Of a stretch of DNA of 64,000 nucleotides, positions 18,501 to 28,290 are shown piece by piece. How positions within the stretch are numbered: the stretch's first letter is position 1; every line of letters begins with the position of its first letter. The DNA is from a virus. Made by a program: the position numbers and the translations under genes. The stretch lies in the IMG/VR virus record IMGVR_UViG_3300046684_000188, positions 4,251 to 68,250 of that record. One strand, written 5' to 3'. The notes below the pieces were generated by a model. The model had not been told where the DNA came from, made no database searches, and saw only the letters and a list, made by a program, of their open reading frames with translations.

Positions 18501-18774
18501 CCGTCATCCTCCTTCTTATCTGACACTTTCCTCGCTACCTTGACACCCTGCCCGGTATACGCGGCGGGGTGTTGTCATTTGTGATTACGCACAGGTTTTC
18601 CACAATTCCTATGTTGCCTACCTAACAAACCCCGCGTAAACTCCGAGTCCTGCCCACTTAGCAGCGCCTCGATTAGCTACCGAGGATTGGCGTGACGGTT
18701 TGGCGGGTTGTCAGATGCTTCTCCTGGCGGCTCTGACTCCCGCCCCGCACGAATAAGCCAAAGGAAAGCCCGGG

Positions 18775-19095
18775 ATGATCGTAGAGAACTTGCCAGCGCG
18801 GAGAAGGCCCGGACGTCAGCCCTCGATTGCTTTAGCCGAAGCGACACACGCCCTCCTCACCGATCCTGAAGTCGTGTCCCTCAACCTCTCCCCTTACCAG
18901 CTCCATCTTCTGTCCCGGCGAATCCTTCGTATGGGCGGAGCTAAGAAGTTCCTATCCCTCGCTCCGGATACCCGAGCGATCCTGATAAATCTATCGGGCT
19001 TCAGGGTAGGCAACCAGAAGACTCTCATTGGCGGCGGTCTCAAGGGACGCGGCTATGAGACGAGGAAACGGGGGATAGACACCCAACATGCCTAA
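18775..19095 (+). CDS. Hypothetical basic protein (possible DNA-binding regulator)
   Basis: 106-aa ORF immediately upstream of the initiator. Confidence 0.6.
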   Translation: MIVENLPARRRPGRQPSIALAEATHALLTDPEVVSLNLSPYQLHLLSRRILRMGGAKKFLSLAPDTRAILINLSGFRVGNQKTLIGGGLKGRGYETRKRGIDTQHA

Positions 19096-20314
19096 CGTCC
19101 CCGCCTTCCTGCTCTATACCGGAGACTTCTACAAGATGGAAGTGTCCTGCGCCTCTCCCATGGCTCAATGGGTCTGGATGAGGCTAGAAATGCTTATGCA
19201 CGACTCTACTGGCCGCTACGGCTACCTAGAGATTGGGGGGAAACCCGCCCCCACCGAGTACATCGCCCGTCGACTGGGAATAACGGTAGACGAAACGATT
19301 GCGGCAATCCGTGAGATAGATGACTTCAATGGCATCTCACGCGACGGTAAAACCATCTACTCCCCCCGCCTCGTCGAGCAAGACGTCCAGCGGGCCCGCA
19401 AGAGAAAAAATGTCTACGACTACCGGGAACGTCAAAATCAGACTAATGACCATTCTTCTTCTGATAGTGATTCCTCTAAGTCAATGGAAATACAAGAAGA
19501 CTGTAACCGGCCTTCCTCGACGGGTGTAACCGGTACGGTTACCACCCCCCTTGAAGATGAAAATGAAGATAGTATTTGTACTTCTTTACCTACCCAAAAA
19601 GCTCTAGGAAAACCTTCTACGCGAGGGAAGCCAGCGCCCCCAATTCCTCCAGAGTTGTCTCTCGAAACGGCTGCAGCTCTTGCCGATGGTGTTGAACGGG
19701 AACGCCTCAAGCACCAATCCCTCGCTGTACGTATCGCGCTCTCAGCTCCGGCTGGAATCTCGTGCGGCTGGACCGAGGGGCTGGTCAAGAGCAGGAAAAC
19801 CATGATTTCTCCGGTCTACGAGGCGATCAAGGCAGAGGCGAAGGAGCGGCGTTGCTCGGAGATTCAAGCGGCGGAGTGGATGCTCGGCCAGGTCGAGGAG
19901 CTTACCGCGGCAGTGGCTCTCGATCCTGGGTGGACGCAGTACTGGTCCGGGGAGCGGCAAGCGAGGATGTTCAAGTCTGCGGAGTATCGGAACCCGCAGA
20001 AGTACGCAGTGACAGCACGCAACGGAGGAGCCAATGGAAACGGTAGACAACCCGGAACTAGCAAGAATCGAAGCCATGCTGCAGCGGCACTGGAAGAACT
20101 CGAAAGGGGATGGGCACAGAGCGAACACGGCGGCAGTGGCGGAGGTAGCGGAGACGGTGCATCCCCAGCGAGTCATCACGCCCGCAGTTCTAACCCTCTA
20201 CGCCCTCGCGCTCTCTCGGTTGTCCCCCGAGGCGTGTCAAAGGGCACTGGCACGAGTGGTACTCGAGAAGAGGTTTCTCCCCTCCCCGCGAGAGATCCTC
20301 GCTTTGGCTGGTGA
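19088..20314 (+). CDS. Phage replication initiator / replisome organiser
   Basis: N-terminal PAFLLYTGDF, W.RL..LMHDS..RYGYL...G, GISRDGKTIYSPRLVE, low-complexity linker, followed by a loader-like gene. Confidence 0.7.
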   Translation: MPNVPAFLLYTGDFYKMEVSCASPMAQWVWMRLEMLMHDSTGRYGYLEIGGKPAPTEYIARRLGITVDETIAAIREIDDFNGISRDGKTIYSPRLVEQDVQRARKRKNVYDYRERQNQTNDHSSSDSDSSKSMEIQEDCNRPSSTGVTGTVTTPLEDENEDSICTSLPTQKALGKPSTRGKPAPPIPPELSLETAAALADGVERERLKHQSLAVRIALSAPAGISCGWTEGLVKSRKTMISPVYEAIKAEAKERRCSEIQAAEWMLGQVEELTAAVALDPGWTQYWSGERQARMFKSAEYRNPQKYAVTARNGGANGNGRQPGTSKNRSHAAAALEELERGWAQSEHGGSGGGSGDGASPASHHARSSNPLRPRALSVVPRGVSKGTGTSGTREEVSPLPARDPRFGW

Positions 20315-20693
20315 GGTAGAACCGCTCTCCATCGACGAGCAGTGGCAGAGCGATGCGCGTAAGGACTTGGCCGAGCTATTCGCCCAGCTCCGCGAGTTTG
20401 GACCGAAGCTCAAGCCCCGCGGCGGCGGCATCACTCCGGACGACACCTGTGAGGCTGGATACCGGCGAGAGCCCATTGTGACGCCTCCGTTGCTCCCTGA
20501 GACGGTGCGTGGAGCGGCTTACATCGTCGGCTTTGGTGACTTCTACGCCGGTTTCGTCATCATGGCGCAGCATTCCGCAGTTGCCGGCCAAAACGACAAC
20601 ATGAACCGGGTGGATGCGGACGTAGAGCGTCGGTGGATGACAGCCTGGCGCGAGTCGAAGCTCTTGATTCAAGCGAAAGAGGCACGAGGATGA
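20034..20693 (+). CDS. Putative helicase loader/inhibitor (lambda P / G39P-like)
   Basis: LYALALSRLSPE...RFLPSPREIL motif. SD GGAGGAG. Position directly after the initiator. Confidence 0.55.
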   Translation: METVDNPELARIEAMLQRHWKNSKGDGHRANTAAVAEVAETVHPQRVITPAVLTLYALALSRLSPEACQRALARVVLEKRFLPSPREILALAGEVEPLSIDEQWQSDARKDLAELFAQLREFGPKLKPRGGGITPDDTCEAGYRREPIVTPPLLPETVRGAAYIVGFGDFYAGFVIMAQHSAVAGQNDNMNRVDADVERRWMTAWRESKLLIQAKEARG

Positions 20694-20980
20694 CGATTGC
20701 ATACGAAGGTCAGGAGTGGAACGACAGGACGCCGCAGAAGCCCGCGGCGCGCGAGCATCACGACTGGTATAACGAGCTTCCCCTCACGATCAAGCCGGAA
20801 AACATCTGGGTAGGCGTCAACGTGGATGCCAGGTTCTCGAGGGGTCAGCTTTCCTACTTCGAATGCCCTTATTGCTCCGCTTTGGTCCGGGAGCCCCGCC
20901 TTCACCTCGAGCACAGCCCGCGGTGCTTGCAGGACATAACCAGCCTGGGCGATCTATTTGAAGAAGTGACAGGAGGCTGA
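20690..20980 (+). CDS. Hypothetical protein with CPYC...HxxH
   Basis: ATGA overlap with the upstream stop. Confidence 0.6.
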   Translation: MTIAYEGQEWNDRTPQKPAAREHHDWYNELPLTIKPENIWVGVNVDARFSRGQLSYFECPYCSALVREPRLHLEHSPRCLQDITSLGDLFEEVTGG

Positions 20981-20986
20981 ACGCCA

Positions 20987-21301
20987 ATGGAGCCCTATTC
21001 CAACCCCATCGTCCTCAAGATCCACAACGGCACGCCGCGCTCAGACGTCAATCTATGCCGCACCTGCCGTTACGCGCACTCCTACCAGACGCAGACCGGC
21101 CGAGAAGAGGTTCGCTGCAACTCGGACAGGCCATTCATCGTTCAAGACTCGGTGACGCGCTGCAGCCGGTACTACGACCGCACCAAGCCAGCTCTCCATG
21201 AGATGAGTGAGATTGCATGGACCCTTGAGACCAGCAAAGGGCGCGTGCTCGGCTTCAAACCACCCAGCAAGAAGGCAGATGACACCCCAGGAGGGTACTG
21301 A
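20987..21301 (+). CDS. Hypothetical Cys-containing protein
   Basis: 104-aa ORF, SD AGGAGG, CRTC..H..C..C. Confidence 0.65.
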   Translation: MEPYSNPIVLKIHNGTPRSDVNLCRTCRYAHSYQTQTGREEVRCNSDRPFIVQDSVTRCSRYYDRTKPALHEMSEIAWTLETSKGRVLGFKPPSKKADDTPGGY

Positions 21302-21302
21302 A

Positions 21303-21545
21303 ATGGCGACCGTTCGCAATGACGTCAAGGTAGTGCTCAGAGTGCGGGAGCAGTACGGAATGCGCAAAATCATCGACAGACCGCTCGATATAAGGCCCGT
21401 AGAGCGATCCGGAGGGGAGCGGACGACCCTACATACCTTGGTTTTGGTCGTTAGTCTGCTCTTGCTAGGTTTGTCTACCGGTTACAAGATAGGGCGCGAT
21501 CTGGCGCTTCTCGACGTCTGCGGAGAGACACTATGTGGCAAATGA
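21303..21545 (+). CDS. Small membrane protein
   Basis: ATG at 21303 after GGAGGG, one hydrophobic segment. Confidence 0.55.
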   Translation: MATVRNDVKVVLRVREQYGMRKIIDRPLDIRPVERSGGERTTLHTLVLVVSLLLLGLSTGYKIGRDLALLDVCGETLCGK

Positions 21546-22579
21546 TCTGGCGGGTTGGAGTGTTCAAGGTATGTCTTTGTGTCGCCATCCTGATATTGGC
21601 GATAGCTGTAGCGTTCGGCCAGGACACCCCGCGCTACTACGACCAGAACGACCTTTGGTTGCACGGTGGAAGGCTCGGCGGCGGCAACTCCGAGGTTCAG
21701 GATGCTCCTCCGCGCTCTTTCGAGGGAGTCTACGGGACGAATCGCTTCCGCTCTATCCCGGCTGAGTTTGCTCCTTGGCGTCTTGAGGACGAGCTTACGA
21801 TGTGGATCGAGCAGCAGCACTATGACTGGTTGCGGTCGCTAGGCTTTGTCGAGTCTTCAGTCTGGCCCTCCGCTAAGACGGAGAAGCAGGAAGGCTCCTT
21901 CTTCTGGGGATGCCTTTCGGGATATGTCAATGACTACGAAACGGGAAAATGTGTCCTGCAGCAGTCAACCGACGTCTTCGATATCAACCCCTACGTTGCT
22001 CCGGACCCACCGAAGAACGCTCGGGAGTACGCTCTCGGCATCTTCAAGTCCTATCGCGAGCACCAAGCGAAGCAGTATCCGGACGCGGAGAGCGGGTGGA
22101 AAGGGTATATGACCTCCTACACCTTCACCATGGGAGGCACCGTCCAGAAGTTCAGCGTCGACCTCGACGGTCACATCGACCTAGAGAACATCACCATGGA
22201 AGATGCTCTGCTCTCGATGCTGGCGATCAAGGCTCAGGAATCATTGGACTGGGAACGCGAATGGGACGCCCGGCGAGAGCGTATGAAGAAGGAAGACGAG
22301 GAGCGGCAGAAGAAGAAGCAGCAGAAGGAGGAGAGGCTACGCAAGGCCAAGGCCCGAGCGAAGCAGGTCATGGAGTACTGCAACGCTTCGTACAAGGCCA
22401 ATCCTAACTATCTGGACCCGGCATGCGTCGGTCTGCATCCTGCCTACCGGCAGGAATATTGCGACCTCATCACGAAGAACGGGTTCAAGGATGATAACGC
22501 TTGCGTCCCCGTCTGGACCTACGACAAGGCGGGCAATATGACGAAGCTCTGGATACAGCCCGGGGGAACAAAAAGGTAA
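21533..22579 (+). CDS. Secreted/membrane hypothetical protein
   Basis: N-terminal hydrophobic helix ending AVAFG|Q, charged coiled coil, Cys pairs. Confidence 0.7.
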   Translation: MWQMIWRVGVFKVCLCVAILILAIAVAFGQDTPRYYDQNDLWLHGGRLGGGNSEVQDAPPRSFEGVYGTNRFRSIPAEFAPWRLEDELTMWIEQQHYDWLRSLGFVESSVWPSAKTEKQEGSFFWGCLSGYVNDYETGKCVLQQSTDVFDINPYVAPDPPKNAREYALGIFKSYREHQAKQYPDAESGWKGYMTSYTFTMGGTVQKFSVDLDGHIDLENITMEDALLSMLAIKAQESLDWEREWDARRERMKKEDEERQKKKQQKEERLRKAKARAKQVMEYCNASYKANPNYLDPACVGLHPAYRQEYCDLITKNGFKDDNACVPVWTYDKAGNMTKLWIQPGGTKR

Positions 22580-22614
22580 CCAGCCGTATTCCCTGCATGA
22601 CATTTGACGAGTAA

Positions 22615-22628
22615 AAGGTATTCTCTCC
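22615..22628 (+). promoter_or_regulatory. Phage promoter motif copy (AAGGTATTCTCTCC)
   Basis: Matches the repeated motif, upstream of the 22666 operon. Confidence 0.55.
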
Positions 22629-22665
22629 TGCGTTTCTAGCCCCTCATGGAGGCTCAACGCTCGGC

Positions 22666-24429
22666 ATGAATCCCCTACTCGGTGTCTTTCTCGCGCTCTG
22701 GATGCAGTTAGCTATTGGAACCCCGATAGCTGGGTACTACAGTCCCTCGGGATCTGGAACCGATTGGACGCCACTTGTGGGCTCAGGATCGACCGGCCAG
22801 CTTGCCTACACCCCATCGAAGGAGCTGCTTTACGCATGGAATGGCTCCGCCTGGGTTCCTTTTACCAACAGCGGCGGAGGCGGCGGCGGGATGGTTTATC
22901 CGGGAGCTGGCGTCCCCGTCTCGACCGGAGCAGCTTGGGGAACCTCGATAACGCAGTCCAATATTCCGCTGATAAATGCTCCGCAGAACAGTTTCACCGG
23001 AGCGATTCTCGTTCAGGGTCCAGCGACCACAGCTCCCACAGCCGGGAGCGGCGGCACCGTACTCGATTGGCTCACTGCCGACCAGGCGGCACGCTTCTTT
23101 GCCTTCGGAGTCGACAACTCCACCAATGGCAACCTTGAATTCATCTCTCTTCGTCTGAATAGTTCCAACCTTCGCTACGTCGCCAATTACGTCCAGTCCG
23201 CGAATACGTGGGGATATCTCTGCTCCGCTCCTAACAACCTTGGAACCTGCGTAGCTTCGATCACGCCGACTGGATTCTCGGGTGCAGGAGGCTCTATCAC
23301 CGCCTTGAATGCAGCCAACTTCTCAACTGGAACCTTGGCGCAGGCCCGCGGCGGCACAGGTGTCTCGAACACGGCAACCCTCACCCTCGGGACCACAAAC
23401 CAGAATTGGGCGACCTTGGGAACCGGCATCGTGAAGAATACGACCACGACCGGCGCTCTCTCGGTTGCTATCGCTGCAGACTTTCCTACTCTCAACCAGA
23501 ACACGACCGGCACCGCGGCAGGGCTTACCGGATGCACACCATCGACGGCGGGCTCGGTCTGCTACTGGAACGGAACCCAGTGGGTCACCCTGGCAGGGAA
23601 CGCGAGCGGCACCCAGTTCCTTCAGGAGACCAGCTCGGGCGTTCCATCATGGGCGACTGTATCGGGCTCTGGCACGGTCAACTCCGGGACAGCGAATCAA
23701 TTCGCTTACTACGCATCGAGCGGGACAGCCGTATCGAGCAATCCGCGGTTGAGCGACGATGCGACCACACTTAGCTACTCGGGATCTGGCGGAATCGCTT
23801 CTGCAGGCGACGGTGTCCATCCGGGCGTGCTTCAGCTTGTCGGCAACACAACCGTTCCTACGTTGGTAGCGAACAACTTCCATATCATCGGCCCGGCTCT
23901 GGCCTCCTTTACGGGCTATGGCTGGCAGATGCCGAGCACGACCACGGCGGGAATCGTCCATATCGCCTCGCCTACGTCGAACATCTCGCAAGTGACCATC
24001 AGCGCGATCGTTGGTGCAGATATGGCCAACAATACAGTAACGGCGACCCAGCTTGCTGCGCAGTACAGCAAAGGCTCATGCACCGAGGCTTGGGGAGGAA
24101 GCGGAACATCCTTCGCGCTCACCTCGGGCGATGACGCAGTCTCTAACAACACCTGCTACAACGATTCAGGCGTGACGCGGACGATTACTGCGGTCAAATG
24201 CAGAAGCAGCGTAGGTTCGAACACCACAACCGTCAATCCGACCATGGGAAGCGCGGGAACGGGAACGACGATCCTCTCGGGCGCGCTAACTTGCGGTAGC
24301 TCCTACGCCTACAGCTCCAGCGGAACCGTCTCCAGTGCGAGCTGGACGACCGGAACCGGCATCACGCCAGCCATGGGCGGAACCCTTACCGGAACCTCTA
24401 TCGCCATGATTGTGGAGTACACCTACTGA
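22666..24429 (+). CDS. Tail-fibre-like Gly/Ser/Thr-rich protein with N-terminal signal
   Basis: GTLAQARGGTG and ADFPTLNQNTTGTAA fibre-type motifs, hydrophobic N-terminus. Confidence 0.65.
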   Translation: MNPLLGVFLALWMQLAIGTPIAGYYSPSGSGTDWTPLVGSGSTGQLAYTPSKELLYAWNGSAWVPFTNSGGGGGGMVYPGAGVPVSTGAAWGTSITQSNIPLINAPQNSFTGAILVQGPATTAPTAGSGGTVLDWLTADQAARFFAFGVDNSTNGNLEFISLRLNSSNLRYVANYVQSANTWGYLCSAPNNLGTCVASITPTGFSGAGGSITALNAANFSTGTLAQARGGTGVSNTATLTLGTTNQNWATLGTGIVKNTTTTGALSVAIAADFPTLNQNTTGTAAGLTGCTPSTAGSVCYWNGTQWVTLAGNASGTQFLQETSSGVPSWATVSGSGTVNSGTANQFAYYASSGTAVSSNPRLSDDATTLSYSGSGGIASAGDGVHPGVLQLVGNTTVPTLVANNFHIIGPALASFTGYGWQMPSTTTAGIVHIASPTSNISQVTISAIVGADMANNTVTATQLAAQYSKGSCTEAWGGSGTSFALTSGDDAVSNNTCYNDSGVTRTITAVKCRSSVGSNTTTVNPTMGSAGTGTTILSGALTCGSSYAYSSSGTVSSASWTTGTGITPAMGGTLTGTSIAMIVEYTY

Positions 24430-25178
24430 TGAGAGCCTTGGCGTTCGTCCTACTCATGCTGCTGTCGACTTGGCCGATTGGCGGGCAAGAAATCATCTAT
24501 GCGCGACGAAAGCCACCAGCAGGCGGAGGAGGTTCTCTATTCACCCAGGGAAAGATATGTAACTCCACCACCGGCACAACCTCAACCTGCACATACAACT
24601 CGAGTGTGACGGCAAACCATACCCTCGTACTTATCGCGCGATGGGATGATTCAACAGCTAAAACCGTTTCCACTGTCGTCAACAGCGCGGGAGGCAACTG
24701 TGTCGCCTCTGGGACAACAGCGTGGACCCAGATAAGAGCTAAGACGTTCAACACCCCAGCCAACCCGCAAGCGATGCAGAGCTGGTATTGCGAGCCAGCC
24801 TCAACCGGGACGCTCACAGTCTCCATGACCTCCTCTGGAACGCAATCGTTTCTGGATATGAATATCTCGGAGTTCAACTTCAACCCCTCGGCAATTGATA
24901 CAAGCAATTCGGCGGTTGCCAATGGATCGACAACTCCATGCGCCTCGGGAGCAGGATCGACGCTTACCGCTACCGGAGACTTAGTTATAGGTTGGTGTGG
25001 CATGTGGAACAACACAACAGCTTGGGCGAACGTAGGGAGCTACATTTACGACTCGGCTGGAAGCGCCCCGGAGCAGGGTCTTTTCGATTACACCTCTGCG
25101 GGAACCACAGCCCCCAGTTTTTCCTATGCGGTAACCGCAGATTCTTGGACCTCGATGACAGTGGCCTTCAAACCATGA
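24429..25178 (+). CDS. Secreted beta-rich protein
   Basis: Signal MRALAFVLLMLLSTWPIGG|Q, Thr/Ser-rich with Cys. Confidence 0.7.
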   Translation: MRALAFVLLMLLSTWPIGGQEIIYARRKPPAGGGGSLFTQGKICNSTTGTTSTCTYNSSVTANHTLVLIARWDDSTAKTVSTVVNSAGGNCVASGTTAWTQIRAKTFNTPANPQAMQSWYCEPASTGTLTVSMTSSGTQSFLDMNISEFNFNPSAIDTSNSAVANGSTTPCASGAGSTLTATGDLVIGWCGMWNNTTAWANVGSYIYDSAGSAPEQGLFDYTSAGTTAPSFSYAVTADSWTSMTVAFKP

Positions 25179-26872
25179 ATAAACTCTTCCTATTCTTCAT
25201 CGTCTCTCTGCTGACAGCTCCTCTTCAAGCAGCCTGCCATGTGGTCACCGTTGCGGGATCTGGATCACACACCGGAGCAGACTGGAACAACGCTTTCACT
25301 GGGATACCCGCAACCCTCGTCCGCGGAGACATTTACTACCTCGCCGACGGAACCTACGGGAGCTACACCTTCAACCAGGCAGGAACGACCGCGACCGAGA
25401 TTCGCAAGGCTCAGACTTACGACAACTGCACATCGACGGGCTGGAACGCGGCGACCATGGGCTCGGCTCAGGCTGTATTCGCCACAAACCGGATGTTCTC
25501 TATCCTGAGTGCCGGTCTCATCATCAACGGGAACGGCCAGCAGACGGCGCAGGGATGCGGCGGCGCGGTAGGATCATCGCCAACGGCGGCGCTCACGACC
25601 CCCACGGACTGCGGGATCAAGATCGACAACTCCTCCGGAGGCGGGACAGACGGCATCAGCGATGGTGGCAACGCCGTAAACTTCACTATCAAATACGTCG
25701 AGTATCTCGGCGGGGGTAACGCCACTACGGAGAACTACCTGATTCGAGCGGATAACAGCCCGGGCGCCACGCTGCAGCATATGTACATTCACCGCTTTGG
25801 CGCGGTCTGCGTCGTGGTCGGTGGGACCAGCAACTTCACGTTCACCGACAATTACATCTTCCGGAATCAGGTGACGCTGGGAGGAAGCCCATCGCACGGT
25901 CAATGCTTGGAGAGCTTTGGCGACAGCGGCAACATGATCGTAGCGCGCAACGTCTTCCGCGACCTCTCAGGTACGGCCATCATCATGGCATGGGTTGGCG
26001 GCGGCGGGACCGAAGCGGGCCCATACAAGTATTACGACAACATCATTTGGAACACTCCCGGCTACACGCCTCCATTCCCGGCGGCAAACGGGCTCCTAGC
26101 CTGTATCAACGGCTTCGTGTGCAACAACGTCACAATGAGCCAAAACACCATTGCGCTCATGCCATCGGGCGCGCAAACGGGGATCGACAGCGAGACGGGT
26201 GGCACGTTCACCGTCCAGAACAACATCTGGTACAGCGATGCGGTCATTGGAGACTTGATAACAGCCGGTACGCTCACCTCAAACCGGAATTCCTACCTGG
26301 CATCGGGCGCGTCGTGCCCCTCTGGAACATCGAACGTCTGCGATAACGCTTCCGCAAACCCTTTCACGGCATCCTCGACGGGGGATTTCACCCTCGCAAG
26401 CGATGCGGCCAACTGGAACAATCGCATATCCCTCGCCTCTCCCTTCGATCTAGACGCGGTGGGAACTACCTTCACCACCGACCGCGGAGCGTTTCAGTTC
26501 GTCTCAGGCTCCCCAGTAGCGCCTACCGTCACATCGACTGCAGCCTCGAGTATCACCACGACGACGGCGAGCGCAGGAGGAAACGTCACATCGGATGGTG
26601 GAGCGTCGGTCACCTCGCGCGGTACATGCTACGCGACGACTTCGAACCCAACGACGCCCTGTACCAGCGATGGAACAGGAACCGGCATCTTCAGCTCCTC
26701 GCTTACCGGGCTGTCTTCGGCTACGCTCTATCACATCCGGGCATTTGCCACGAATAGCGTAGGAACGAGTTACGGGTCCGATCTAACCTTTACAACAAGT
26801 TCCCCAGCTCCGCCGACCGCGTCGACGACTGGGAAAGGGTTTCGCTTGGCACCTGGCGCACAGGTGCGATAA
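25175..26872 (+). CDS. Secreted beta-helix (pectin-lyase-like) protein with C-terminal FN3-like domain
   Basis: ATG at 25175 (MNKLFLFFIVSLLTAPLQA). Asn/Gly beta-helix repeats. PTVTS..ASSIT..A.AGGNVTSDGG...YHIRAFATNSVGTSYG domain. Confidence 0.7.
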   Translation: MNKLFLFFIVSLLTAPLQAACHVVTVAGSGSHTGADWNNAFTGIPATLVRGDIYYLADGTYGSYTFNQAGTTATEIRKAQTYDNCTSTGWNAATMGSAQAVFATNRMFSILSAGLIINGNGQQTAQGCGGAVGSSPTAALTTPTDCGIKIDNSSGGGTDGISDGGNAVNFTIKYVEYLGGGNATTENYLIRADNSPGATLQHMYIHRFGAVCVVVGGTSNFTFTDNYIFRNQVTLGGSPSHGQCLESFGDSGNMIVARNVFRDLSGTAIIMAWVGGGGTEAGPYKYYDNIIWNTPGYTPPFPAANGLLACINGFVCNNVTMSQNTIALMPSGAQTGIDSETGGTFTVQNNIWYSDAVIGDLITAGTLTSNRNSYLASGASCPSGTSNVCDNASANPFTASSTGDFTLASDAANWNNRISLASPFDLDAVGTTFTTDRGAFQFVSGSPVAPTVTSTAASSITTTTASAGGNVTSDGGASVTSRGTCYATTSNPTTPCTSDGTGTGIFSSSLTGLSSATLYHIRAFATNSVGTSYGSDLTFTTSSPAPPTASTTGKGFRLAPGAQVR

Positions 26873-26884
26873 AAGGAGGATGGA

Positions 26885-27088
26885 ATGCCCGTTTTACCCG
26901 GAGTCAGCAGAGAAATCGTATCGAAGAACATCTCCGAGTTTCATACCGGCAAGACCTACGCGGCGACAAAAGCCAAGTTCGGCAAGGCTAGAGCGGACAA
27001 ACAGGCTGTAGCTGTTGCACTTTCTTCTAAGAGGAAAAGCCAATCTGGGGATAGAATGGGCGCGTCCCATATCTTCAGGAGGCGCTAA
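26885..27088 (+). CDS. Small basic phage protein (KQAVAVALS family)
   Basis: SD AAGGAGG. VSKNISE...KQAVAVALS..RK. Confidence 0.7.
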   Translation: MPVLPGVSREIVSKNISEFHTGKTYAATKAKFGKARADKQAVAVALSSKRKSQSGDRMGASHIFRRR

Positions 27089-27177
27089 GTGCTCGACGAT
27101 CCAGCAGTACCAGACGACATATACGCCTACAACGAGATGCTTTTGGGACTAGCACAGTCTTTATCAGGAGCCGACCC

Positions 27178-27871
27178 ATGCGTATTTGGAAAGTCACCGC
27201 AATTGCCGGAGCACTCGCGTACTGCCTCGGGAGTGGAATGGTACGAGCGCAAAGCCTACCCCAGCCAGCCCACGCCGAGCCCCGAAACCTCGTCGGATGG
27301 CAGTCCGTCCCAGCCTTCAAAGGATATCTAAGCTTCCCCGAGGGTGGAACCTACACCATTCCCGGCGATACTGTTGCCTACACGCTCAAGCCTCACGGCT
27401 GCATCGTGATGGATGGGAAGACGGGCATCTTCGTCCAGCAGCTTACCCGGCCTTTTCAGGTTGCGATGGTCTCAAACGCGACTCCTCCGGTCGTGACGCC
27501 GATCACCGTGATGAATACTCGGACCCTCGCCGCGGCTCTTCCAGACGGAATCAAGGAAGATACCAAGGGCTGCAAGATGCCAACCACGGCATTCGGCGGC
27601 GCTCAGGCTCCCGTCGTAGCTCCCAACCGACGAAATCAGACTCCATCCGTCGACCATAGCCCGAATTGCCGCTCTCGGCGTAAAGATGACGCTAGCTTAC
27701 GTCACTGGACCCGCAGAGAAGCAAATCATCCCCACAAGCGATTCGATAGCCGACCGCAAGATCATCCGGGACGTCATGCTGGACCCGGACGTGGTTGCTA
27801 TCTACAACAAAGGACAATTGCAGTGCTTTGTCGTTTGGCCGGCGCACCTCGGTACTCCGGCATTTGCCTAG
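27178..27871 (+). CDS. Secreted protein, apparently split by a +1 frameshift near 27620
   Basis: Signal MRIWKVTAIAGALAYCLGSGMVRA|Q in frame 1. Plausible continuation in frame 2 (PTDEIRLHPSTIARIAALGVKMTLAYV...FA*). Confidence 0.5.
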
Positions 27872-27906
27872 TAGGGACTCTCTGGTTTTCGGAGGAATCT
27901 CGGCCC

Positions 27907-28290
27907 TTGGACAATGAAGCATCACAACTAACTCCATATACGTTCTCGCGTTGGAGATGCCCTGAATGTGGCATCTTCGAGCGAGGGCATCGCACCATCG
28001 ACGGTTTTCCAGCCCCTTTATGCCCGGTTTGCGGACGAGCGGCAGGGTTCATGTGCGCCATCGAGGCGTATACGAAGCGGGATCTTCCTTTCTTTACGAA
28101 GCCACAACAGCCAAGTGAGCAATTTCTCGGCTCGATTGTCCACGTATCAGGCGGCAAGCAGCGAAACGGGAAGTCTACCGGGCGACCGAGGCTCGATAAG
28201 CCCGTCGAGACGCAACCCCGACCACCAGAACCTCGTCTCCCTGGCACGCCGCGCAAGAGGAGCAAGAGCAAAAAGAAGGTAGCAGCATGA
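27907..28290 (+). CDS. Rubredoxin-like Zn-ribbon protein with basic tail
   Basis: TTG after GGAGG. WRCPECG...CPVCG. Confidence 0.6.
   Translation: MDNEASQLTPYTFSRWRCPECGIFERGHRTIDGFPAPLCPVCGRAAGFMCAIEAYTKRDLPFFTKPQQPSEQFLGSIVHVSGGKQRNGKSTGRPRLDKPVETQPRPPEPRLPGTPRKRSKSKKKVAA

Noticed and set aside
27178-28290. Single 370-aa protein
   Set aside because: The middle section looks non-coding in this frame, there is an internal SD and TTG at 27907, and frame 2 is more protein-like from about 27620 to 27871.
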